From an uncultured Acidobacteriaceae bacterium (GTDB lineage: Bacteria > Acidobacteriota > Terriglobia > Terriglobales > Acidobacteriaceae): a stretch of DNA of 64,000 nt. The notes below the pieces were generated by a model. The model was not told where the DNA came from and made no database searches. It saw nothing but the letters and a program-made list of their open reading frames with translations. Shown one piece after another: positions 1 to 11,267 of the stretch (position 1 is its first letter; every line of letters starts with the position of its first letter). The stretch spans positions 49,630 through 113,629 of the forward strand of contig CAVVDY010000003.1 in NCBI GenBank assembly GCA_963747055.1, read 5' to 3'. The translations under genes and the position numbers were made by a program.

Positions 1-41
1 CGCCTGAAACCGTCTCCTAAGTTTGCCGAGGGAAGTTTCCG

Positions 42-74
42 GGAGCGCAGTTCGCTGCGCTCCTTTGTATTTTC
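42..74 (+). terminator. Rho-independent terminator-like hairpin
   Basis: Perfect 9-bp stem GGAGCGCAG / CTGCGCTCC with TTCG loop (42-63), followed by TTTGTATTTT. It would serve a + strand gene upstream of the window. Confidence 0.55.
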
Positions 75-80
75 GGGCAG

Positions 81-698
81 CTAGTACTTCCGCAGCACGC
101 CGATCACCCGGCCCTGCACCTCTACATCCGCGGCGGGAACAATGATGGGCTGCATCGCCGTATTCGAGGGCTGCAGGCGAATGATCTCGCCTTCCTGGTA
201 GATTCGTTTTAGCGTCGCTTCCGATTTGCTCACCAGAGCCACCACAATTTCGCCGTTGCGCGCGGTGTTGGCCTTCTCCACCAGCACATAGTCTCCGTCG
301 ACGATATGCTCATCCTGCATGCTCTCGCCCTTCACCCTTAGGACATAGACGTCTTTGGCGCGAGCGAAGTCTCCCAGGGATATCGACTCGGGATTTTCCA
401 CGGCTTCCAGCGGACGCCCGGCGGCGATCACACCCAGCAGTGGAAGGGTGAGATCGTTGGCAGGCACCGCCGGTTTGGAGCGGCTGCGAATCTTCACCAC
501 GTCGATCGAACGGCTGCGATTGTAGTCGCGCTTGATGAGGCCCTTCTGCTGCAAGTTGGTGAGATGCTTGTGCACGGTGGCCAGCGAACTGAGTCCCAGG
601 CCGGCGCAGATTTCTTCGAACGACGGCGAGTAGCCGTGTTCCTCGACAAACCTCTGCAGAAAGTCGTAGACCTCGCGTTGTCGCCGGGTGATCGCCAT
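81..698 (-). CDS. lexA: LexA repressor (SOS regulator, S24 autopeptidase)
   Basis: 205-aa ORF with ATG at 698. N-terminal winged helix (GYSPSFEEICAGLGLSSLATVHKHLTNLQQKGLI), Ala-Gly cleavage site (VIAAGRP), GESM serine and LKR lysine motifs. Confidence 0.95.
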   Translation of the reverse strand: MAITRRQREVYDFLQRFVEEHGYSPSFEEICAGLGLSSLATVHKHLTNLQQKGLIKRDYNRSRSIDVVKIRSRSKPAVPANDLTLPLLGVIAAGRPLEAVENPESISLGDFARAKDVYVLRVKGESMQDEHIVDGDYVLVEKANTARNGEIVVALVSKSEATLKRIYQEGEIIRLQPSNTAMQPIIVPAADVEVQGRVIGVLRKY

Positions 699-1052
699 CG
701 TCAGGCCCTCCAGGCTAATTGTCAGCGAATAAAAGGCGAAATGTCAACGAGAACGTGGGTTGTCGGACAAGGTACCGCGGAGGAGGAGGCACATTCGGGC
801 TGAAGACGGACGTAAAAACGCCCCCGGAGCCTGAGTGATGGGTCGGGTACAAGGCCGCGCCGGGGGCAAAGTGTGCTCGAAGGGCTTCAGTCTACGCAAT
901 GGTGCCGCGGACTAGTCGTCTCGGAGTTGTCAACGGTTTGTAAACAACTTGTCTCTTGGCTGACCGAGGGATGAGTTTGGCAGCCCGTGGGCCCATCGCA
1001 TGGCCCCTTTCGCTCATCTACAATAGTGTCCAATCAGCGGGTGAGGTGTTCC

Positions 1053-1766
1053 ATGCGCAGGTTCTTCCTGATCACGTCTTTTGTCGCTCTGACAGCTTCG
1101 TTGCAAGCCCAGCAGCTTCGCGGAGATTACATCGAGTCGCGCTCGACCGACGTTTATGTCGCCCAGTGCTTCGCCAACGGAGAAGTCGGCCTCGCCGGAA
1201 ACGACGCTCTGATGGCATGGCATGTGGAGCAAGGCACGTGGGATGGCGTCAAGCTTGACGGGCTATCGGTGGCGGCCGCGGTGCGCGCCCGCGCGACGCT
1301 GGGAGACCCTTATGGCAATCCCTATCCCGCGCAGGCGGTGCTGATGGTCGATGACGCGGCCAACCCACAGCAGCGCGCCGCGCTGATCGCGCTGGCCAAG
1401 CGCAATGGCGGAGAGCTGCTCGACCACATCGTCCGCGTCGACTATGTGCCGGTGATTCTGGACGCTCCCGCCGATCCGCATCAGGGTGGCGCGGTCTTCC
1501 GCGCCGGCAAGCTGGCGACGATCATTACCCGGCCGCTGAATCACCACGACCATATCTGCGGCAACGAGGTGAACTTCTACCCGCCGCTGACCGATGTGTC
1601 CGACGCCGTGTCTGCGGTGGCCCTGACTGATGAGTTCCAGGGCGACGGCCTTGGCACTCAGTGGAGCACGCATGGCAGGCGCAGCGTGTATATCGCGCAC
1701 TTCAGCGACAGCGGCAGCGCGACGGCCTCGGCGGAAGCGCCGAGTGCGCGTCATCCTGGCGAGTAG
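1053..1766 (+). CDS. Secreted DUF1326-like protein
   Basis: Internal ATG at 1053 gives a signal peptide MRRFFLITSFVALTASLQAQ. The body (GDYIESRS..., LDGLSV..., VDDAANPQQRAALIALAKRNGGEL) resembles the DUF1326 family from memory. Confidence 0.55.
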   Translation: MRRFFLITSFVALTASLQAQQLRGDYIESRSTDVYVAQCFANGEVGLAGNDALMAWHVEQGTWDGVKLDGLSVAAAVRARATLGDPYGNPYPAQAVLMVDDAANPQQRAALIALAKRNGGELLDHIVRVDYVPVILDAPADPHQGGAVFRAGKLATIITRPLNHHDHICGNEVNFYPPLTDVSDAVSAVALTDEFQGDGLGTQWSTHGRRSVYIAHFSDSGSATASAEAPSARHPGE

Positions 1767-1772
1767 GGAAGC

Positions 1773-2966
1773 TTACGGCGTTTGGGACCTGCCGCCCGGC
1801 AGGCGATTAGCGCTGAACGGCGCAAGATTCACCACGTCCGGCAACTTCAGCGCACGCCGGGCCAGCGCCTCGCCGACTGCAGCCGAATGTTTGAAGCCGT
1901 GTCCTGAGCAGGCAGAGGCGAACCAGATTCTTCCGGCGTCGTCAGCCTGATCGATGACGAACCTTGCGTCCGGAGCGACGGTGTACAGGCAGGTGGCGGC
2001 GCGCACGCATCGCGACGAGACATCAGGCAGGCGAGTGGAGATGTAGTTAGCGTGCAGCGAGGCGATCTCGTCATCACTCACGCAGCGCTCGACCTGGTCG
2101 GGATCGATTGCAGTGTCGTAGCGCTCGGTCGCGGTCTTGATGCCGCCATCCAAACCGCCAATTGCCGGAAATCCGTAAAACATATCGCTGGGCCGCTCAC
2201 CGGTGATCCAGATGAAGACGGGAAAGCGCTGCGGCGTGTAGAGCTCAGGGTTTCGCGCGAGCGCGAACCAGGTCATCACCTGCCGATAGACCCTGAGATT
2301 TTGCGCGATGGTGTTTGGCAGCAGCTTGCCGATCCACGGCCCGGCGGTGAGAATCACTTGCCCGGCAGAGTAGGTCGCACGGTCGGTAGTGACGCTGACC
2401 GAGTCTCCCGACGCCTGGACCATCGTCACGGTCTCGCCGGTGCGCACCACAGCGCCTAGCTTCTTTGCCAGCCCAAGCTGTGTCTCGATACAAGCTTCCG
2501 GGCGCAGAAATCCCGCGCCGGGTTCGAAGTAACCCGCCTCTTCGTTGTCCACTCGAAATTGCGGAAAGCGTTCGCGGATCTGTGAGGCATTGAGCACGTC
2601 GTGCGCGATACCGTTCTCTTGCGCGGCGGCGATGGTGTCGCCGAGAAACGACTGCGACCCATGATGGTCTCCCACCGTGTGGGGCGACTGAAGGATGAGC
2701 GCCCCGTTACGCGTGAGCAGGCTGCGGCCGGTCGTAGCTTCGAGTTCCTCCCAAATCTGGTTGGAGCGCAGGACCAGCGGCACATACTCGCGCCCTTCGC
2801 CGATAGCCTGACGTGTGATACGCGTCTCGCCGTGCGACGAGCCGATGTCGTGCGGCGGATGAAAGCGGTCGATTCCAATCGCCCGCACGCCCAGCTTCGC
2901 GGCCTGGTATAAGGCGGCACTGCCGACCGCGCCCAGACCGACGACGAGGATGTCGGGGGCTCTCAT
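1773..2966 (-). CDS. FAD-dependent N-methyl-L-tryptophan / monomeric sarcosine oxidase family protein
   Basis: 397 aa. N-terminal dinucleotide fold VVGLGAVGSA and C-terminal ACSGHGFKH covalent-flavin cysteine motif typical of MSOX/MTOX. Confidence 0.85.
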   Translation of the reverse strand: MRAPDILVVGLGAVGSAALYQAAKLGVRAIGIDRFHPPHDIGSSHGETRITRQAIGEGREYVPLVLRSNQIWEELEATTGRSLLTRNGALILQSPHTVGDHHGSQSFLGDTIAAAQENGIAHDVLNASQIRERFPQFRVDNEEAGYFEPGAGFLRPEACIETQLGLAKKLGAVVRTGETVTMVQASGDSVSVTTDRATYSAGQVILTAGPWIGKLLPNTIAQNLRVYRQVMTWFALARNPELYTPQRFPVFIWITGERPSDMFYGFPAIGGLDGGIKTATERYDTAIDPDQVERCVSDDEIASLHANYISTRLPDVSSRCVRAATCLYTVAPDARFVIDQADDAGRIWFASACSGHGFKHSAAVGEALARRALKLPDVVNLAPFSANRLPGGRSQTP

Positions 2967-2967
2967 G

Positions 2968-3372
2968 TCAGGGTTTCAGCCACATGATAGGAAAGCCGTG
3001 GCCCAAGCGGCGAAAATCCGAATCGCTGGTGATCAGGGTGGCCTTCATCTCCATGGCGAGCGCGGCGGCGAAGGCGTCAGCGTAGTAGAGTTTGTGGCGT
3101 ACCCTAACGTCAGCGGCCGATAAAGCGCGCTGCCGCGTGGCATCTTCAACGGTAATGCGAAGGGGGTGAAGGGTCGCCAGCACCGAGAGGGCGCGATCGC
3201 GTCCGTACGTGCGCTGTAGAACGGCGAAAACCTCTCCATAGTTCACAGCGGACATATGAAGACCCGCTTGTCCGCGCATCGCCTCTCTCAGGCGCTCCTG
3301 GAGCTTAGCGGCTCCGGGCTTCTTTTCCAGAAGAGCGACGAGCGCGCTGGTGTCGAATACGTAGGTTTTCAT
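2968..3372 (-). CDS. vapC: Type II toxin VapC (PIN-domain RNase)
   Basis: 134 aa. MKTYVFDTSALVALL start with conserved Asp, and C-terminal TSDSDF motif. The stop codon is 1 nt from the start of the downstream oxidase gene. Confidence 0.9.
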   Translation of the reverse strand: MKTYVFDTSALVALLEKKPGAAKLQERLREAMRGQAGLHMSAVNYGEVFAVLQRTYGRDRALSVLATLHPLRITVEDATRQRALSAADVRVRHKLYYADAFAAALAMEMKATLITSDSDFRRLGHGFPIMWLKP

Positions 3373-3613
3373 CGTCGAATTTGCTCCCCCAGCGGCGTTC
3401 TTCCCTCAACGCGGCAAGCAAGTCCGGGCCGCCGGCAAGCATGCCCATCACTCGATCGATGTACTCTTCTGTGATGGGCTGGAGCACGATGCGCCCAAAC
3501 TCGTCTTCCAGGAAATGGACCTTGGTCCCCGCCTTGATGCCATGCTTGCGTCGGAGCTCCGCCGGGATGACAAGTTGGCCCTTGGAGGTAAATGTAGCAC
3601 TTAACTCACGCAT
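3305..3613 (-). CDS. vapB: AbrB/MazE/SpoVT-family antitoxin (VapB)
   Basis: The N-terminus SKGQLVIPAELRRKHGIKAGTKV is a looped-hinge-helix (SpoVT/AbrB) fold. The 3' end overlaps vapC by 68 nt, probably an indel artefact (see findings). Confidence 0.8.
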   Translation of the reverse strand: MRELSATFTSKGQLVIPAELRRKHGIKAGTKVHFLEDEFGRIVLQPITEEYIDRVMGMLAGGPDLLAALREERRWGSKFDDENLRIRHQRARRSSGKEARSR

Positions 3614-3615
3614 TC

Positions 3616-3638
3616 CTTACATTTTAGCAGAGTGTAAG
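3616..3638 (-). promoter_or_regulatory. Candidate vapBC operator/promoter palindrome
   Basis: CTTACA-N11-TGTAAG inverted repeat immediately upstream of the vapB ATG. A TAAAAT -10-like hexamer lies on the minus strand between the arms. Confidence 0.35.
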
Positions 3639-3665
3639 AACAGGATCGAACGCCTGGCGTTGGCT

Positions 3666-4439
3666 CTAAGACGCCAGCGCTTCGACATACTGTTCGCGAT
3701 TCGACCACACGGCAGGAGTCACGTTGTACGCGTCGAGTGCTTCGATGACGTCTCCTCCGACCTTTTGTTCCTGATCGTTTAAGAATGCGTAAGCTTCCGG
3801 CTCTGAGGTGGCGGCGCGGGCGGCACGCGTGTCGCTAAGAGTCCAAAGATAACCAATGATGTTCTCTTTTCTAGGAGAGCCGATCGCCTGCAAAATTCTC
3901 TCTGGGCGCTTTTTCGATTTTGGAATCAGAAAGTCCACTGCATGATCGTATCCACTCTTGCCCGCGAGTTTTACCCTTGCCGTGTAACGAATATCGTGAC
4001 CGTCAAGAAAGTTCTGCACGTCCTCAAAGAAGAAGCTTGCAACCCTAGGCTGGGCCATCACGAACATGTCATTGACGGCCAGCATGGCCTGCACCAAAGA
4101 ATGCAGGCGCTGAGCGACGTTGCTTGGTGACGCCTCCACGATCAATTGGTTGCTCTCGGCGCGCACACCCAGCCCATTGAGGACGCTGTCAAGCACCATC
4201 TTCCGCTTCGGAGTGTCTACTTCAAGCCCGCTGGTTCTCAGGTCCGAAAGAACATATCCATCATCGGACAAGATAATTGTCCCGTTGCGCCGCGTAGCGT
4301 ACACCTGTAAGTGGTCATTATGCCGGTCTAGGAACGGCGTAGTAAGTTCGCAGACCGCTCCGACATCTTGGACCGACAATCCGCTCCGTAACCAGTCAAT
4401 GTACTCGTTAATAAGCTTCTGGCATTCGTTCCGGTTCAC
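3666..4439 (-). CDS. DUF1828/DUF1829 domain-containing protein (function unknown)
   Basis: 257 aa. The GTG start overlaps the stop of the upstream gene (GTGA). The N-terminal ...TTPFLDRHNDHLQVY...LSDDGYVLSDL... and C-terminal ...GKSGYDHAVDFLIP... segments match my recollection of the DUF1828 + DUF1829 architecture. Confidence 0.7.
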   Translation of the reverse strand: MNRNECQKLINEYIDWLRSGLSVQDVGAVCELTTPFLDRHNDHLQVYATRRNGTIILSDDGYVLSDLRTSGLEVDTPKRKMVLDSVLNGLGVRAESNQLIVEASPSNVAQRLHSLVQAMLAVNDMFVMAQPRVASFFFEDVQNFLDGHDIRYTARVKLAGKSGYDHAVDFLIPKSKKRPERILQAIGSPRKENIIGYLWTLSDTRAARAATSEPEAYAFLNDQEQKVGGDVIEALDAYNVTPAVWSNREQYVEALAS

Positions 4440-4870
4440 ACGATCACCCCCTGAACCGCCGGGGGCGACTCAATCTTACAGAACGTACAAAACTCCTGAA
4501 ATGTGGTGGCAGGGTCGGTCAGCAACGTAAACTGCTTGGGATCGACGGCATATGCCCACCGATCGTCATAACCTTCCTTGAAAAGGTGCAGGTGAGTGCC
4601 GGAGAGGTACCGTCCATCTGGATTTGTGTGAGGCGCACCGTCCACATCAAGCCGCACCAGCACTATCGCAGACCGCGCTCTGTTCTGGAGCTTCAGCTTG
4701 GAAAGACGGAGGGTCCCTCGCCAAACGTCTAGCCAGAACCGTTCCCTGTCGCCAGGGCCTGCCAATTCGTAACTATCGTCAGCGCCTGGCGGAATGGCAA
4801 TCGACGCGGGAGCGCGCAAGAAATGTTTTACCATCGCTATCAGGTCGTCTGCTTCGGATTGGGTCAGCAT
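4436..4870 (-). CDS. Hypothetical 144-aa protein, first gene of a two-gene operon
   Basis: ATG at 4870 (MLTQSEADDLIAMVKHF...). Conserved-looking core LVRLDVDGAPHTNPDG...GTHLHLFKEGY. Translationally coupled to the DUF1828/1829 gene. The family is not confidently recognised (possibly DUF6978-like). Confidence 0.6.
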   Translation of the reverse strand: MLTQSEADDLIAMVKHFLRAPASIAIPPGADDSYELAGPGDRERFWLDVWRGTLRLSKLKLQNRARSAIVLVRLDVDGAPHTNPDGRYLSGTHLHLFKEGYDDRWAYAVDPKQFTLLTDPATTFQEFCTFCKIESPPAVQGVIV

Positions 4871-4955
4871 CGCTTGCAGAATACTCCATAGGACAATGGG
4901 AGAAACATAGAAGCAGAAGTTATTCTTTTTGCTCCCCGGCCCACGGCCCAAAGTC

Positions 4956-4983
4956 AAAACCGGCCGCTGTCGCGGCCGGTTTT
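4956..4983 (-). terminator. Rho-independent terminator (bidirectional-looking)
   Basis: AAAACCGGCCGC-TGTC-GCGGCCGGTTTT perfect hairpin flanked by A and T runs, 23 nt downstream of the radical SAM gene stop. Confidence 0.65.
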
Positions 4984-5005
4984 GACTAATTCTTGTTGCT
5001 CGAAG

Positions 5006-7120
<2,115 letters not shown>

Positions 7121-7378
7121 GGAAGCCCCTTCATTAGGTTTGATGGCGATGCCTCGGCTAGTGGAGGCACGGCGACCCAAGGCAAGCCTAAATACTCCGC
7201 CGGGAGCCGCCAATGGATATGGGCCAAACGGGAGGAATCAGCGCCTTAGCGGGGATTTGCACCATTGAACGGGAAGGCTCGCATCGACGTATGTTGTTGA
7301 AAAATCAATAGTAATTTAAGGTTCTAGACCTTAGCGTAGAGGCCCGCTTTTATTGAACATCTGAGATCGATCCTTGCT

Positions 7379-8104
7379 ATGGCTCAGGCGCTTCATTTCG
7401 GGTTGTTGACCCTGGTCGCATTTCTGGCGGCGACGGTGGCCGCCGTCACTGGCTTCGGCGGAGCGGCCATCCTGCTCCCCGCGCTGGTGTTGGCCTATGG
7501 AACGCGCGACGCGATTCCGATCCTCACCGTGGCCCAGTTGATAGGCAATGGCAGTCGGGTGTGGTTCAATCGCCGGGCGGTTGACCTGCCGGTTGTAGGC
7601 TGGTTCGCCTTGGGCGGCGTGCCTGCGGCGATTGCAGGCGGCATCTTGTTTGCCACGGCTCCTCTGCCGATCCTGACGCGCGGGCTGGGCGTGTTCCTGA
7701 TGCTCTTGGTTGCGTGGCGGCACTGGCGTCGTCGACCGTTTCGCATGCCGTTGCGCGCATTCACAATCCTCGGTGCGGGGGCAAGTTTCTTGTCAGCTCT
7801 GGTCGGTAGCGTTGGGCCTTTAATGGCCCCATTCTTTCTCGCCTACGGTTTGATCAAGGCCGCTTACATCGGGACGGAGGCGTTGACGACCGTCATCATG
7901 CATTTGACCAAGCTGATTGTGTACCGGCAGACGTCGGTGTTGTCAGGCCATTCGATCATGGCGGGACTGGCTTTCGGCCCAGCCATGGTCCTGGGGTCGT
8001 ACGTAGGGAAGAAGCTGGTTGATCGGCTGCCTGAGAGCCTCTTCGTAGTGATCATTGAGGTGACGCTGGTAGCCGCTGGGATCTTGTTCATTTGGCGGGG
8101 GTAG
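7379..8104 (+). CDS. TauE/SafE (TSUP) family sulfite/anion exporter
   Basis: 241 aa with multiple TM helices. VTGFGGAAILLPAL motif and an internal duplication typical of the TSUP family. Confidence 0.85.
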   Translation: MAQALHFGLLTLVAFLAATVAAVTGFGGAAILLPALVLAYGTRDAIPILTVAQLIGNGSRVWFNRRAVDLPVVGWFALGGVPAAIAGGILFATAPLPILTRGLGVFLMLLVAWRHWRRRPFRMPLRAFTILGAGASFLSALVGSVGPLMAPFFLAYGLIKAAYIGTEALTTVIMHLTKLIVYRQTSVLSGHSIMAGLAFGPAMVLGSYVGKKLVDRLPESLFVVIIEVTLVAAGILFIWRG

Positions 8105-8194
8105 GGTGAAGCTACACGGCTGCTGTCAGCTTGCTTAGCCCGGCCGGCCTGGCGCGTCGCAAGCTCAACTTCTAAGAGAGGAAGCAATGTACAA

Positions 8195-8225
8195 AGCTGG
8201 AGCGGCATGCTCCGGCTTTTTGTTC
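8195..8225 (+). terminator. Rho-independent terminator-like hairpin between convergent genes
   Basis: AGCTGGAGC-GGCAT-GCTCCGGCT stem-loop followed by TTTTTGTT, with an A-rich 5' flank. Confidence 0.5.
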
Positions 8226-8241
8226 TGCCGCAGCGAACCAG

Positions 8242-10776
8242 CTATTCAGTCCTTAGTGCCTCCATAGGCTCGATGCTGGCGGCGCGGATCGCCGGAATGA
8301 CTCCTGCGATTGCCGTCGCAATAGACAACACGGCCACTGCGATCGCGATACTCAGCGGATCGTAAGGACGCACCCGATACAACTGGTCCGCCACCAGATG
8401 CGCTCCCAGCAACGCAAAAACAATTCCGATGGCCAGTCCTATGCCCACTTGCAGGAACGCGCCCCGCAGCACGAGTCTCACGATCCTCTCGCGATCGGCG
8501 CCCAGCGCCATGCGCAAGCCGATTTCGCTGGTTCTTCGTGCGACAGCGTAGGACGTAATGCCGTACAGTCCGACGGACGCCAGCAACAGTGCGAGCAATC
8601 CAAACAGCATGGTCAGCCGCGCAGTCAGCTTCTCCTGACCCAGAAGCTGGCCGATCTGGTCATCCATCGACTCCAAGCTGATGACTGTCAGGTTGGGATC
8701 AACATCAGCCAGAGTACGGCGTATCACGGAATCCACATTCTCCGGCGGGCGCTTGAACAGCAGGGTAATGGAGTTGATGTAGAGCGACGAATTCTCGGCC
8801 ATGTTCTCGTCGGGCGTGCTCACGCTGAGGCGCTGATTGAGCGGACGGAAGTACATGGGCCGTATCTTGCTGTGGGGATCGCTGAACTTGGCATCTGCCA
8901 CGATCCCAACGATCTCAAAAGCGCCGGCATACTTGTGGTCGAAAACCCCGAAGTGACGACCGATTGGATCCTCGTTGGGGAAAAACTTCTTAACGAACTC
9001 CTGATTGACCACCGCCACCAGTTGGGAACTTGCGGTATCGGCGTCGGTGAAGCCGCGCCCGCGAATAATAGGCTCGCCCACCGTCTCGAAGAATTGCGGG
9101 CTTACCCGGTCCCATGAAGAGCCGTTGTGCTCGTTTGGTCCAGGCTCGGGACGTCCCTCGACGCGAACGCCTTCGCCCCAGTTGTTGCCTTCCAGCGCGC
9201 TATAAAGTGCAAGCCCAACACTCTGTACTCCCGGCAGCGCCCCGAAGCGCTGCTCAAGCGCCTGGTAGAGCGCGGGCAGCTTCTCGGAAGTGTATCCGGC
9301 GCCGGCAGGGTCGATATGCACTACGTAGCGGTTCTCGGTCTGAAGCCCGAAATCCTGGTGCTGCAGATTGTCCAAACTCTTCGTCAGTAAGCCGGCTCCA
9401 ACGAGCAAGAGCAGCGATAACGCCGCCTGCACCACAATCAGCGACTTTTGCGGCAGCGAGGAACGATCGCGGGTCGAGCGATTGACCCCGCGCAAGGCCT
9501 CTGCCGGATCGGAGTGCGACGTGATCCAGGCCGGTACGATGCCGAAGACGATGCCCGTCAACAGCGAGAGCAGAAAAGCAAAGATAAACACTGGCAACGA
9601 CGGAGTGGTCTGAATGGGCACGTGCGGAGCTTCGGGAAAGGCAAGCGACACAATAATCTTGGCGCCGCCGTAGGCCACGGCCAGTCCCACCAGACCGCCG
9701 ATGAAAGCCAGCAGCACACTTTCGGTCAGCATCTGCCGTATCAGGCGGCTGCGCGCCGCGCCGAGGGCCATGCGGATCGAAGTCTCAGCTTTGCGCGTTG
9801 CGCCTCGGGCCAGCAGCAGATTTGCCACATTGGCGCAGGCGATCAACAGCAGCAGCCCCGACAGGGTCATCAGCAGGTATATTCCCTTGCTGGTTCGCTG
9901 CTGCAAAATCTGAACGCCCCCTCCAGCCGGAGTGATCACCACATGCTGCTGGGGAATGAGGACCGAGCGTCCGTTCTTGGTGTATTCCTTCTGGCTTGGC
10001 AGCCAATTGCGCAAGGTGATGGAGAGTTTCTCCTGTAACGGTCCAACGCTGACGCCCGGTTTCAAACGGCCAATGGCGTAAAGCCAGTTCGCCTCGGCGA
10101 CATGCAAGAGTGCGCCTTGGCGGTCGATCTGCGGTTGAAGCGCGAGCGGGATCCACAACGCCGGCGGACGGCTCTTGATCCGGTCGCCAAAAAAACCGGC
10201 CGGCGTAATGCCCACTACCGTTACCGGCACTCCCTGAATGTAGAAGGTCGAGCCGACGACCGAGGGATCTCCGCCGTATTCCGATTGCCAGGCCGCATAG
10301 CTCATGACGACTGCTGGAGCAGCGCCAGGCGTGTCGTCCTGCGGCGAGAAAACTCGCCCCGCATAGGCACCAATGCCGAAGGTCGAGAAGTAGTTACCCG
10401 AGACGTATTCCGTGGGTAGAAACTTCGCCGGCTCCGAGCCCCGGCGTACCGTATGCCCTCCGTTGCCTGCCTGCATGGCGGCTAACTGCTCGAACTCGGG
10501 CGTGTTGTCGCGAAAGTGAGTGTAGAGGTCGTAGGAGAAGAGGTCGAAGTCGCCATCTTCATTCAAGAAACCTGTGTTTACGCAACAATCGTCCTTATCT
10601 CCGATGCGGTACAGCGTGCCTGGATCGACCACCGGCAACGACTTCAGCATCACCTCGTGAACCAGCGTGAAGATGGCGGTATTGGCGCCGATGCCCAGAG
10701 CGATGGTGACGATCACCGTGAGGGTGAACCCCGGTGACTTGCGGAGTTGCCGGATAGCGTAACGAATGTTGGGCAT
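8242..10776 (-). CDS. ADOP-family duplicated FtsX/MacB-like ABC permease
   Basis: 844 aa from ATG 10776. Signature N-terminus MPNIRYAIRQLRKSPGFTLTVIVTIALGIGANTAIF. Two MacB periplasmic plus FtsX 4-TM modules. No adjacent ATPase gene. Confidence 0.9.
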   Translation of the reverse strand: MPNIRYAIRQLRKSPGFTLTVIVTIALGIGANTAIFTLVHEVMLKSLPVVDPGTLYRIGDKDDCCVNTGFLNEDGDFDLFSYDLYTHFRDNTPEFEQLAAMQAGNGGHTVRRGSEPAKFLPTEYVSGNYFSTFGIGAYAGRVFSPQDDTPGAAPAVVMSYAAWQSEYGGDPSVVGSTFYIQGVPVTVVGITPAGFFGDRIKSRPPALWIPLALQPQIDRQGALLHVAEANWLYAIGRLKPGVSVGPLQEKLSITLRNWLPSQKEYTKNGRSVLIPQQHVVITPAGGGVQILQQRTSKGIYLLMTLSGLLLLIACANVANLLLARGATRKAETSIRMALGAARSRLIRQMLTESVLLAFIGGLVGLAVAYGGAKIIVSLAFPEAPHVPIQTTPSLPVFIFAFLLSLLTGIVFGIVPAWITSHSDPAEALRGVNRSTRDRSSLPQKSLIVVQAALSLLLLVGAGLLTKSLDNLQHQDFGLQTENRYVVHIDPAGAGYTSEKLPALYQALEQRFGALPGVQSVGLALYSALEGNNWGEGVRVEGRPEPGPNEHNGSSWDRVSPQFFETVGEPIIRGRGFTDADTASSQLVAVVNQEFVKKFFPNEDPIGRHFGVFDHKYAGAFEIVGIVADAKFSDPHSKIRPMYFRPLNQRLSVSTPDENMAENSSLYINSITLLFKRPPENVDSVIRRTLADVDPNLTVISLESMDDQIGQLLGQEKLTARLTMLFGLLALLLASVGLYGITSYAVARRTSEIGLRMALGADRERIVRLVLRGAFLQVGIGLAIGIVFALLGAHLVADQLYRVRPYDPLSIAIAVAVLSIATAIAGVIPAIRAASIEPMEALRTE

Positions 10777-11267
10777 AAAAAGGACTCGAACTCCTCGGTG
10801 AGACGCACCTGTGTTGCCACGACGACTTCGGTCGAAGCTCCTGTGGTCTGTACGTTTAGGCGGTACAAGAGGTTCACGGTAGCGTCCACTCGTGGGCAAA
10901 ATGCCCGGATTCGGACGCCAGAGGAGCTCTTTTTGTGCCGAGAGGATTTAGCGGTAAGTCATCGAGCTCGACATACTGCTCAAAACCAGCCAGCCAGTAC
11001 CGAGGATGATCAGAGCCAACACCACCGCCGATACCAGCCAGATGATGGCGACCGCCTTCTCCTGTTCAGGTTTGGGCAGGGAGATGCCGATCGCGCTGTG
11101 CATTCCCCGGGTAATGGCGACCAGATACTTCATCATGGCGGGTGCAGCAACAGCATAGCGCAGATGGCGGGTCCGGGCATTGGAGTCCGCTTCCCGAAGT
11201 CGACCTAACCCCTGATCGGTGTATAGTTCTGCGAAGCTAGACAACCCCCAGGATCGAGGACCCGAAG

